62,533 nt of DNA from a virus (taxonomy: Duplodnaviria; Caudoviricetes). The notes beneath the pieces are model-generated. The model worked only from the letters and a program-made list of their open reading frames with translations, did no database searches and was not told where the DNA came from. Shown here one piece after another: positions 1-7,857 of the stretch (the first letter of the stretch is position 1; the number at the start of each line of letters is the position of its first letter). The DNA lies in IMG/VR virus record IMGVR_UViG_3300022221_000007, positions 1-62,533 of that record. One strand, 5' to 3'. A program made the translations under genes and the position numbers.

Positions 1-159
1 CGGTAAGAATTGCCAATCTTCTTCCTCAGTATCCTCTACTAAAAACTGCTTAGCGGGTTCAAAAGGCAATCTCATAACAAGGTCATTTAACTCAAACCCA
101 AAAAAGTCATGCTCTTTACGTTCTTCAATACGCTTTAAAATTTCTTCAGTTGTTCTCAT
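1..159 (-). CDS. hypothetical phage protein, truncated by window edge (MRTTEEILKRIEERKEHDFFGFE...)
   Basis: ATG at 159 preceded by AGGGGA; open frame runs to position 1. Confidence 0.7.
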   Translation of the reverse strand, partial: MRTTEEILKRIEERKEHDFFGFELNDLVMRLPFEPAKQFLVEDTEEEDWQFLP

Positions 160-206
160 AAATTTCCCCTAAATTTGCTTCGGCTTCGCACCGGATTTGG
201 TTCACA

Positions 207-279
207 TTTTGACCACCTAAGCTGCGTTAATAGTTAGGCAACGCCTGTACTATACAGCTCAGTCCAAAACCACATGGCA
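207..279 (-). ncRNA. putative structured small RNA, long-stem unit A
   Basis: Nested pairings TTTTGGAC/GTCAAAA, AGCTG/CAGCT, GCGTT/AACGC; shares TTTT(G/A)GACTG and ACAGGCGT with unit B. Confidence 0.4.
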
Positions 280-312
280 AAGGAACATTGCAGAACTGCA
301 TAGGGTTTCAGT

Positions 313-399
313 TTTTAGATTGCCTTCTCAACAGTCTCTAGGACAGAGTGAGAGGTCAGCTACGCCTGTTACATCACCACTCAAGAGGGCAGTCTAAAA
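313..399. ncRNA. putative structured small RNA, long-stem unit B
   Basis: 15-bp closing stem ttttagattgccttc/gagggcagtctaaaa (two G-U pairs in the + orientation), intergenic. Confidence 0.5.
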
Positions 400-582
400 T
401 TATTCTTGAATAAGTTGTTCAGTTAATGTTTCAGCTATTTGAGTAGCTATATTTGAATATTGATCAAGCAGGGCTGATGCTTCTGGCATACCATTGTTTC
501 TAGCGTCTACAGAGGATCCTGACATCAATGTAGCTAATTTACCTATGTCGATTAATGCCTTTGCTACGATTTTCTTGTTCAT
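400..582 (-). CDS. hypothetical protein
   Basis: 60-aa ORF with GGAG RBS. Confidence 0.7.
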   Translation of the reverse strand: MNKKIVAKALIDIGKLATLMSGSSVDARNNGMPEASALLDQYSNIATQIAETLTEQLIQE

Positions 583-673
583 CTATGTCTACTCCAATTA
601 GTTGTTAGGGTGCTCTTAAAGAGTATATTTACAGCTTTTTTCACAGTTTAAGGAATTTACCTTTTCTTAACCG

Positions 674-786
674 TTGGCAGGTACGATCCTACTTTGAGTC
701 TTCAGTAACTTAGACTCTTACGTCCTCTTAACTTAGTTACCCCGGAGTGGAACGTGCGCTTACTCCTCCGGCTTATGGAACACCAA
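674..786 (-). ncRNA. putative multi-stem RNA with possible pseudoknot
   Basis: Hairpins CCGGAG/CTCCGG and GAGTCT/AGACTC; loop AGTTAC complementary to upstream GTAACT; closing TTGGT/GCCAA. Confidence 0.4.
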
Positions 787-815
787 GATATAATTATGAT
801 GTTGAATAATTAGAA

Positions 816-933
816 GCCCCAGGTGAGAGTCGAACTCACAATCTAACGTATCAGCACACACAGTGTTGGCTAGGTAGCTCGAACCGTACGTCAAAATTTA
901 TACGCGTGCTTTACCATTAAGCTCTACTGGGAC
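816..933 (-). ncRNA. tRNA-like RNA T1 with 48-nt expanded anticodon loop, no encoded CCA
   Basis: Acceptor GTCCCAG/CTGGGGC, D arm GCTT-AATGGTA-AAGC, T arm GTGAG-TTCGACT-CTCAC, stem GCGTAT/ATACGT closing a 48-nt loop. Confidence 0.65.
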
Positions 934-944
934 ACAAAACTAGG

Positions 945-1000
945 ACCGGCAGCGGGGAATCGAACACCCGAACATGACTTATCAGTACGGTTCCGCCGGT
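945..1000 (-). ncRNA. minimal tRNA-like RNA T2 (acceptor-like stem plus T arm, no D arm)
   Basis: ACCGGC/GCCGGT closing stem; CGGG(T)G-TTCGATT-CCCCG T arm. Confidence 0.45.
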
Positions 1001-1007
1001 TAAGTTG

Positions 1008-1607
1008 TTACTCAGATATTCCAAGAGCCTCGTTAAGACGGCTAGTGGTAAGTGCGGGGAAGTTAGCAATACCAACGCTAGGATCAGCAGCATAAGGAGG
1101 TAAGTAGCTACATCCTTCAGGCCAAACTTCTTTAAGCTGTTTAGTGGTAGTTACAGAATCAAGAATTTGTCGAGCTTCATCAAGAAGTTGATCCAGTTTA
1201 CTTTCCCATTCATCATTAGCTTTACTTTCAGCTTTTCCAGCATTACGCCATTCTTTCCACTGAACTCTAGAAATTTGCCCGATAGGGAATTGGTTATAGC
1301 TGCCATTACGCAAATATGCTTGCTTAACAGGATCCCCTTTTTCATCGTAAATTTTCATCCTGACTATTCCGCCTTGAGCAACAGCAACTGCGAAAGAATC
1401 AGATATGTTAACCAAACCAGTTGGCAAACCCTTAACCTGTTCCTGATACTTACCCATAAAACGGTTATAAATCTTAACGGCTATAGCAGATTCTTTAAGT
1501 TTTATCTGCAATTCAGTAAAAGGACGAGGATTTTTCTCAGTAAAGGCATCTCTGATTTTACTGATCATGTCGTCTCTAATACTTATGTTTAAACGAATAC
1601 TTTTCAT
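1008..1607 (-). CDS. Nmad5-like (nucleotide modification associated domain 5) protein
   Basis: N-terminal IRLNISIRD and C-terminal VTTTKQLKEVWPE resemble the family pattern. Confidence 0.6.
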   Translation of the reverse strand: MKSIRLNISIRDDMISKIRDAFTEKNPRPFTELQIKLKESAIAVKIYNRFMGKYQEQVKGLPTGLVNISDSFAVAVAQGGIVRMKIYDEKGDPVKQAYLRNGSYNQFPIGQISRVQWKEWRNAGKAESKANDEWESKLDQLLDEARQILDSVTTTKQLKEVWPEGCSYLPPYAADPSVGIANFPALTTSRLNEALGISE

Positions 1608-1631
1608 GTTTTTCTCCAGTTAATTAAATAA

Positions 1632-1888
1632 AAACACGGCCTTGTTTATCCCCAACTTAATGGTTCCAGGAATAGCTTAGCTGACCTTCCTGATTTAGTG
1701 GTCAGTACCATGTAGTAGCAGTACGTTGCCAGCGATCTGTATGTTCCTACCCACTCTTGCCTCTGAACAGAGGCGGTAACATACTAGTTTCTGCTTAGGC
1801 AAGCTCGCAGAAACTAATGATTTGTGCTCTATGAGGACTTTCACCCCTCTTACCGTAAGAGCTGACGGTCACTACATCCCGTGCTTAT
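1632..1888 (-). ncRNA. putative ~255-nt structured RNA
   Basis: Closing AAGCACGG/CCGTGTTT; internal ATGTAGT/ACTACAT, 10-bp TAGTTTCTGC/GCAGAAACTA, GCCTCT/AGAGGC, T-loop-like GAGG-GGTGAAAGT-CCTC; no ORF. Confidence 0.55.
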
Positions 1889-1931
1889 TCTGAGACAACT
1901 TATCCTCATTTAGGCCGGACCAGGAATTCTT

Positions 1932-2915
1932 TTATTTGTTTAAATCCATTACATTCATAAATGGAAATAAACCATTACCATTGCCACCACCACTCATAAA
2001 TTGAGGCATGGAAGATCCATCCCAATTCTTCATAGCTTCAGCTTTGGTAAGTTCAACTAGTTCAGGAGAAGATTTCAAAGCACTGGCCTGAGCTTTAAGT
2101 GCCGTAGCTTTAGCTTGACCTTCACGTTCAATAGCAGCAGCCAATTCAATCGACTCTACTTTAGTTTTGTGAGCTTGCGCATCAGCAGCCAATATGACTG
2201 ACTCAGCTTTACCTCGGGCATCCTGAATGGCTTTGTTAGCAGTAAAGGCAGATTCACGTTCAGCTTGTTCAGCCGTAGCTGCTCTTGCTCTTGCTGCAGC
2301 CACTTGTGCCAACTTACTTCGATAAGCATCTGAGAAAGTTAAATCAGATATTTGGAAGTCAGCGACCTGAATACCGTAGGTAGATACCGCTTCTTGAATA
2401 ACCTTAAGCACCTCAACACGAATCTCACCACGTTTATCTACTACGTCTTCAATAGAATATGCAGAGATAACAGCTTTAGCCCGGTCTTGAACCAAATTCC
2501 CCATTAAACGAGACTCGTAGTCAAAACTAGAACCAAACTGTTCATACAGCTTTCGTAAATTAGCGTCAGTACCGTTAATGCGGTGGTTAATAGTCATGGA
2601 GACACCAACAATGTTGGTACCGCCTTTTGTAGCTACTGACATCTGACTGTTAGTAGATTCGATACGGGTATCTGCAATATGAGCAGATTCAATGAAAGGC
2701 ATTTTGAAATGCAAACCAGGACCAGTAAAGCCACTAATTACGCCAAGCCGAGTTGTAACAGCACGCTGGTACTCAGAGTTGATATAAAAAGATGACATCA
2801 AGGTCACCAACAAAAACAAAGCAATTACCACATCCCGTACAGCTGAAACTAAAAGAAGTTCCTGCCGGTCCATATTCCGATCACTCGGGTAAGACGGATG
2901 GGGTGATTTTTCCAA
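1932..2915 (-). CDS. SPFH/Band7/prohibitin (HflC-like) membrane protein
   Basis: N-terminal TM helix, GPGLHFKMPFIE motif, Ala-rich coiled coil; start uncertain. Confidence 0.85.
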   Translation of the reverse strand: MEKSPHPSYPSDRNMDRQELLLVSAVRDVVIALFLLVTLMSSFYINSEYQRAVTTRLGVISGFTGPGLHFKMPFIESAHIADTRIESTNSQMSVATKGGTNIVGVSMTINHRINGTDANLRKLYEQFGSSFDYESRLMGNLVQDRAKAVISAYSIEDVVDKRGEIRVEVLKVIQEAVSTYGIQVADFQISDLTFSDAYRSKLAQVAAARARAATAEQAERESAFTANKAIQDARGKAESVILAADAQAHKTKVESIELAAAIEREGQAKATALKAQASALKSSPELVELTKAEAMKNWDGSSMPQFMSGGGNGNGLFPFMNVMDLNK

Positions 2916-2960
2916 TAACGATTAAACATAGTTTTTTCCTCGAAGACTAAAACAATTAAT

Positions 2961-3130
2961 TTTTTGAAGGACTTTGGCGGGACTCGAACCCGCACACCCT
3001 AATTACGTCTAGCTGTTATAGGGAAGATAGTTACGACCATGAGCTAGGAGAGCCTACTTTATCAGCTCCCATCCATATTGGCTTAATCCACACCCCTGTA
3101 TACCAGTTCCAGCACAAAGCCCTTCAAAAA
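2961..3130 (-). ncRNA. tRNA-like RNA T3 (Leu-type D/T arms, ~100-nt central insertion, acceptor extended to 16 bp)
   Basis: TTTTTGAAG-GGCTTTG...CAAAGTC-CTTCAAAAA; D arm CTG-GAACTGGTATA-CAG; T arm GCGGG-TTCGAGT-CCCGC. Confidence 0.7.
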
Positions 3131-3131
3131 A

Positions 3132-3440
3132 GCCAGTGTTACGCCACTGGCATCGCATGTAATCCCCATGACGGGTCAACTAACAGCCACAATAGTTGAA
3201 TAGAAGGTTCTGTTTAACGAGCATTGGCTAAAACCGCCTCGACTTCAGTATGGAAGTTACATCCTCTCATTGAGTTAAAGAGCTGAGTAGGTTTGCTCCA
3301 TTAAACTTTTAATTCAGGACTCCCCCGTTCAAACATGACGGTGGTCGTTCCCAGGCCCGAACAGAGCCAAAAATACCGGCATATAACCGGTTAAGGTAAT
3401 CTCATAATGACCTGTTCTGTTGCCAGGTAGGTCAAACCCC
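3132..3440. ncRNA. non-coding region rich in stem-loops (possible further ncRNAs)
   Basis: gccagtg/cactggc, tcaacta/tagttga, ggttctgtt(3206)/aacagagcc(3368), tgacct/aggtca; no ORF of 60 aa or more. Confidence 0.35.
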
Positions 3441-3453
3441 TACAAACTAAATG

Positions 3454-3783
3454 CTATGCAGCACGTAAAGCGTCAAGCACATCGAACATTTCAGCTTCGG
3501 TTGCCACATCAGCAAACGAATCATCGTATTCGGCATTAACCAATTCTTCACCAGTCATAGACGAAGCTTTGATTAATTCTTCAACATACCACTGCTGGCC
3601 ATCAAGGAAGTCCTTAACAGTCTTGCCTTCAGTTTCCAAGGCCTTAGCCGTAGCCAAGTTAGTCACGATCTGATCAATTTCTTCTTCAGAAAGATCAGGG
3701 CGAATGTTCAGATCCTTAATACGTTGGATCTTACGCTTGGCTTTTTTAAAGGCAGTGGCCAAAACCTGCTGATTACGTTCCAT
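3454..3783 (-). CDS. hypothetical protein with basic N-terminus and acidic C-terminus, downstream of RNAP
   Basis: GAGGAG RBS before ATG 3783. Confidence 0.7.
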   Translation of the reverse strand: MERNQQVLATAFKKAKRKIQRIKDLNIRPDLSEEEIDQIVTNLATAKALETEGKTVKDFLDGQQWYVEELIKASSMTGEELVNAEYDDSFADVATEAEMFDVLDALRAA

Positions 3784-4014
3784 AAGTTTCTCCTCGTATG
3801 GAATACCCAACACTGGGCAGTGCGAGATCACATGATCTCTTGATTTTCAAAGGTATGAGCGAATGCGAAGCTGTTTAGAGTGTCGAATCAAGTAAGGAAC
3901 TGCGGTGAATAGATACCTAATGAAATAGATTCCCAGCCAGTACTGGTATCAACTTAATCACCAAAACGGTGATGTGTAAGAATCAACCAGCACAAAACAA
4001 CCAGAAAACTTAGA

Positions 4015-6033
4015 TCAAGGCATCAGAAAGTTCACAGACTCCAACGCTTTGTTTGGGGCGTTGCCCACCAAAAGCTTTGGTGCTGGAACATAACGCTCTA
4101 ATCGATCAGCAATCTGATCAAGAGCATCTTGCATTAAATTGTTATCACGCAAGTAACTAAAGAATTCCTGACAAACTTTAGTCACTGCTTCAAACATATC
4201 CGGCATGACAATATAGTCATCATGCTTAACCAAGAAGGATTCACCTTTGTCCAACAGCATACGAGTAATTCTGCGAAGCAGAGTGCCATCGATACTGTGG
4301 GTCAAATTGGCAAACAACCCTCGAGTCTTAACATTGGTACCTTTATGGCTATGGGCAGTAGTGTTCTCACGACCAAAAATAGGCATACCTCTACGATCCA
4401 ATGCCAAAGGCATAGTAGCCATAATCTTGTATTCCTTATGGAATTTGCCCTCGATACGGGTAGATGCAGCAAAAACTGAGAACGGAGTACGTTCCATAAC
4501 GGCTTGGTGAAATGCAGTCAAACCATCATCAGTCTTCCACTTAAGAACATTCTGCGTGTTAGTAACCACATCAGCACCCCAGGCAGCAATCAAGTCAATG
4601 TTATCCACCTCAATACCGTAGGCTTCAACATTGTGCTGATCGACAGACTCAACCGTAAAGTCGTCAGGATTCTCGACATGATTGTGAAGAATCTTAACGA
4701 TAGTCTGAACAGAGGAGCCATGTAACAACGGAGTATGAATCTCTTTAACTGCTCTCCTGCCTAAGTGCATGACACCCTGAGCTGTACCAAATTGAGTATG
4801 AGAGTCATTAACACAATCCTGTCCCATTAGGTTGCCGGCAGTCAGCATCTGCTCTGAGCCACTACAAGAGGCCAGCATGATCAATCCTGAGTTAGTTAAA
4901 TCCTTACCCAACATATAATGGCAAGGAATACCTGCCAAAGTCATCTCAATAGCCCTAGCAGCCTTCAACACATTGATAGCTTCACCACAACGATCTTCAA
5001 ACTTACGGAACTTATCGTGGGTAAGTTCACTGTACTTAACACCCGGCAACGGAACATTTAAAGGGTCTTGCTCCAATGCCCAGATGTAGTCTTCATCACT
5101 AAACCGATTAACAGAATCAAGCTCAGTCATCTTTCCATATCGAGCATCACAAATAATGTGCTTGCAAGTGTTGATAGCTGACTCACCCAGGAGCTTAGGC
5201 TTGTAAGCATCCAACATAGCCACTTCAAATAACTTACCTTGAGGACGGAAGCCATAAAGGGCATTGGCATCATAATAGGTACGGTATCTGCTGCAGTGGT
5301 TAACCGGTAGATAAAACTTCTCCTTAGCAACCAACTCCTTAGCAGCAGCCATGTAATCCACGTTAAACCGTCTGTGACGCTTCACACGCTTCTCATTCTT
5401 AGTTTCGGCATGGTACAGAGCAGAACCCTTATAAAAGTGACTCAGGCGTTCCTCAGTCCATACATCAGACACCTTAAACGGTATAGATGCCTGTTCCATA
5501 TCCATTTGGATCTGATGACGAGGTAACCGTTCAAAGCCAACAAACTTAGACCGCACTATCCCAGGCTCGTCTTCATACCCAACCAAATGGTTAGTAGGCT
5601 CCGGTGTACCACCCAAAATAATAGTAGTCAGGTTGCGCTTACGAACATGACCAGTATCAGGATCAGTATGAGCAACAAGGTTAACCCGACTGGTAACAAT
5701 TTTGTTATCCAACATCAGCTCAACCAAAAGAGCTGCCATAGTGTGACTGACCAATGCCTTATCGAAGTTACTCATACCGGTAGGCCTACGGAACTTAAGG
5801 GCTCCCAGCTTTTTCTCAATCTTTCCTTCCAAAGACTCAATAGCCAACTCGTCATTGTTAGCTTTAAGATGCATAACAATTTTCTCGATCTTCTTACTGT
5901 TAGTTTCCCAAAACTCAGGAGACAAGAAGATCTTATGGGCTACCTTAGTAGGCTCAGCCATATTGGGATATGCCAGCTGGCACTCAGCAAAAGCTAGACG
6001 AAGGTTAGACAAACTAAACTTTAAAATTTCCAT
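4015..6033 (-). CDS. single-subunit T7/N4-RNAPII-type DNA-directed RNA polymerase
   Basis: CSRYRTYY..FRPQG (DxRGR region), motif A KDLTNSGL, motif B RRAVKEIHTPLLHG, ANLTHSIDG, motif C KHDD; RBS favours ATG 6033 over 6048. Confidence 0.85.
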   Translation of the reverse strand: MEILKFSLSNLRLAFAECQLAYPNMAEPTKVAHKIFLSPEFWETNSKKIEKIVMHLKANNDELAIESLEGKIEKKLGALKFRRPTGMSNFDKALVSHTMAALLVELMLDNKIVTSRVNLVAHTDPDTGHVRKRNLTTIILGGTPEPTNHLVGYEDEPGIVRSKFVGFERLPRHQIQMDMEQASIPFKVSDVWTEERLSHFYKGSALYHAETKNEKRVKRHRRFNVDYMAAAKELVAKEKFYLPVNHCSRYRTYYDANALYGFRPQGKLFEVAMLDAYKPKLLGESAINTCKHIICDARYGKMTELDSVNRFSDEDYIWALEQDPLNVPLPGVKYSELTHDKFRKFEDRCGEAINVLKAARAIEMTLAGIPCHYMLGKDLTNSGLIMLASCSGSEQMLTAGNLMGQDCVNDSHTQFGTAQGVMHLGRRAVKEIHTPLLHGSSVQTIVKILHNHVENPDDFTVESVDQHNVEAYGIEVDNIDLIAAWGADVVTNTQNVLKWKTDDGLTAFHQAVMERTPFSVFAASTRIEGKFHKEYKIMATMPLALDRRGMPIFGRENTTAHSHKGTNVKTRGLFANLTHSIDGTLLRRITRMLLDKGESFLVKHDDYIVMPDMFEAVTKVCQEFFSYLRDNNLMQDALDQIADRLERYVPAPKLLVGNAPNKALESVNFLMP

Positions 6034-6141
6034 AGTATATTTCTCCATACTATTAATGTTGAGGTATACCTGATTAAACCATCAGGCAAGTGTGGTTGAG
6101 CACACTCCAAAGCCCTCTATATTTCAAAAGGGCAGGAAAGT

Positions 6142-6345
6142 TTACTCTACTTTGCCAACTTCAACTAAAGGACACCACTCAGGACGCATTCCGTCCTTCA
6201 CTTGGTCAGGGTGAATCCATACCTTGTGGTTAACTCCACAACTAGCTCGTTTACACGAGCCTGAGCCTGGATACGTGCATACCACAGTAACCATTAGACG
6301 CATGTTTTCTGTCACAACCGCCAACACTACATAACCGCATATCAA
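6142..6345 (-). CDS. small Cys-rich hypothetical protein
   Basis: C-terminal RPEWCPL typical of small phage proteins; an overlapping frame (6251-6340) has a CxxxxC..CxxH motif. Confidence 0.4.
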   Translation of the reverse strand: MICGYVVLAVVTENMRLMVTVVCTYPGSGSCKRASCGVNHKVWIHPDQVKDGMRPEWCPLVEVGKVE

Positions 6346-6635
6346 TACTCCTCGCTATGTTGAACCATGACAGCTCGGCACAGAGAGTGCGTAGCCCCAA
6401 GAGTAAGACCGGTGCCATGACTATGCTGCAAGTGAATAGGATATTTAAGAAAGCTGGGTGGAAACTGCTTCCAGTTAATTTTCTCAACCAGGATGTGCTG
6501 TGGTGGTTGAGCATACAAATCACACTTACACCAAAAGCACAGCCCTCGTTGCTCTTTGACGTACTGCTCTCGAACAGCCCGCCTCTCATTAATCGGTAAA
6601 CTGTGATAGTCCACCGGTAAATTGTACTTAGCCAT
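6342..6635 (-). CDS. endonuclease VII/HNH-like Zn-binding protein
   Basis: EQRGLCFWC...IHLQHSHGTG...HSLC pattern; GAGG RBS before ATG 6635. Confidence 0.6.
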   Translation of the reverse strand: MAKYNLPVDYHSLPINERRAVREQYVKEQRGLCFWCKCDLYAQPPQHILVEKINWKQFPPSFLKYPIHLQHSHGTGLTLGATHSLCRAVMVQHSEEY

Positions 6636-6801
6636 CCTCATCCTCCACCAGCTTAGTGTCACATTGAGAATCACAAACATCACACCACCGGCTATCATGA
6701 ACACCAACCAGGACCCAACAATCACCGTCTTCATCCCAACGAGCAGAAGCATCAGCTGTTACTTCATCAGAACCACAAACCGTGCAGACTATTTTAGACA
6801 T
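6628..6801 (-). CDS. small Zn-ribbon protein (57 aa, MSKIVCTVCGSDEV...)
   Basis: Translated by hand; CxxC...CxxC; GGAGG RBS. Confidence 0.7.
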   Translation of the reverse strand: MSKIVCTVCGSDEVTADASARWDEDGDCWVLVGVHDSRWCDVCDSQCDTKLVEDEDG

Positions 6802-7535
6802 TAGAAATCCTCCTTTAAAACTTTACCTTCATTCACAGCCTTAATACCGATAGTCCAACCATTACAGTCTGTTTTAAAGTCTTCAGACTTAAGACGACGA
6901 CCATTATGGTAAAACGCTATAAATTGGTAGTCATGCGTAGGAACAGTACCTAAATCCACAGAATCCCAAAACTTACAAAAATCTTGCAGCGTATAATGAG
7001 AAATAACCTCTTCACCACTAACCTTCACATGCTTAACCATATAAAAATTAGAGTCTCTTTCCACGTGATCAGGAGTAAACTTACTAAAAACATAATCGTC
7101 AGAATGCCCAGACATAGCATAATCAATATCCTCACCAGGCTCTAACTCATGGTAGTCACCATTAGGCCAAACCATAAGATCACCACAGTAATCAGTAGCT
7201 TCACGAACTAACCCATCGATACTCACCGGAGCAGCACCTACTTCAAACTGAAAGTTAAGTACCTGAGTACCAGACACTGACATCACAGGGTAAACTTGCT
7301 TGTCCTCTAACAAGTAAATGAACTCTTCACCATCATTGATAGATCGAGACTCACACCCATCCAGGCCAAACAGAGTCTGACCTCTCAAGTGTGCTGCAAC
7401 CAAACGACAGGCTTTGGTACCGACCATCGAGTAGTTACTGCTCAAGGCATAAGCCAACCCTTCAGGACCCTCAGCCCGGTAAAATGGAACTACAGTGATC
7501 ATGCTTTTAAGACTTACTAACTGAAATACTTTCAT
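6801..7535 (-). CDS. hypothetical protein
   Basis: 244-aa ORF in early operon. Confidence 0.75.
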   Translation of the reverse strand: MKVFQLVSLKSMITVVPFYRAEGPEGLAYALSSNYSMVGTKACRLVAAHLRGQTLFGLDGCESRSINDGEEFIYLLEDKQVYPVMSVSGTQVLNFQFEVGAAPVSIDGLVREATDYCGDLMVWPNGDYHELEPGEDIDYAMSGHSDDYVFSKFTPDHVERDSNFYMVKHVKVSGEEVISHYTLQDFCKFWDSVDLGTVPTHDYQFIAFYHNGRRLKSEDFKTDCNGWTIGIKAVNEGKVLKEDF

Positions 7536-7536
7536 T

Positions 7537-7806
7537 TTATCTCTCCTGCTCTAAAGCAATTAACATCATGTCTGCTGTCTTAACAGACACAGCAGAAAGT
7601 TCTTGAACAGTCAAAGAATGACCTTGCTGAGTACCAATCAAACCCTGCATTGCAGCCATAGCAAACTGCTCACGTTTAGTAAGGCCAAAACAAAAATGAT
7701 CATAATGACCTTCCTCTGCACGTTGAGATAGTTCCAAAGTTGGCAACCCCACTGCTGGCATATCCCCATTCAATTTAGCTCTCATTTTTACTTCTTCAGT
7801 TAACAT
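7537..7806 (-). CDS. conserved small phage protein (GLTKREQFAMAAMQGL motif)
   Basis: Common phage motif; RBS. Confidence 0.75.
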   Translation of the reverse strand: MLTEEVKMRAKLNGDMPAVGLPTLELSQRAEEGHYDHFCFGLTKREQFAMAAMQGLIGTQQGHSLTVQELSAVSVKTADMMLIALEQER

Positions 7807-7857
7807 GTTGTTTCTCCAACGGTTATTTAAAAAAGGCCCCAGAAACGGAGCCTGAAT

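Noticed and set aside
849-3068. Hammerhead ribozymes (CTGAT motif)
   Set aside because: The motif is CTGATA, not CTGANGA, and no correctly placed GAAA core was found.
816-3130. Canonical tRNA genes or tmRNA
   Set aside because: No 7-nt anticodon loop, no encoded CCA and no recognisable tag ORF; reported as tRNA-like ncRNAs instead.
4222-6073. Plus-strand ORFs inside the RNAP gene (and similar shadow ORFs inside terminase, portal, vRNAP, polymerase and primase)
   Set aside because: Antisense or alternative-frame shadows of well-supported genes, with no RBS or motif support.
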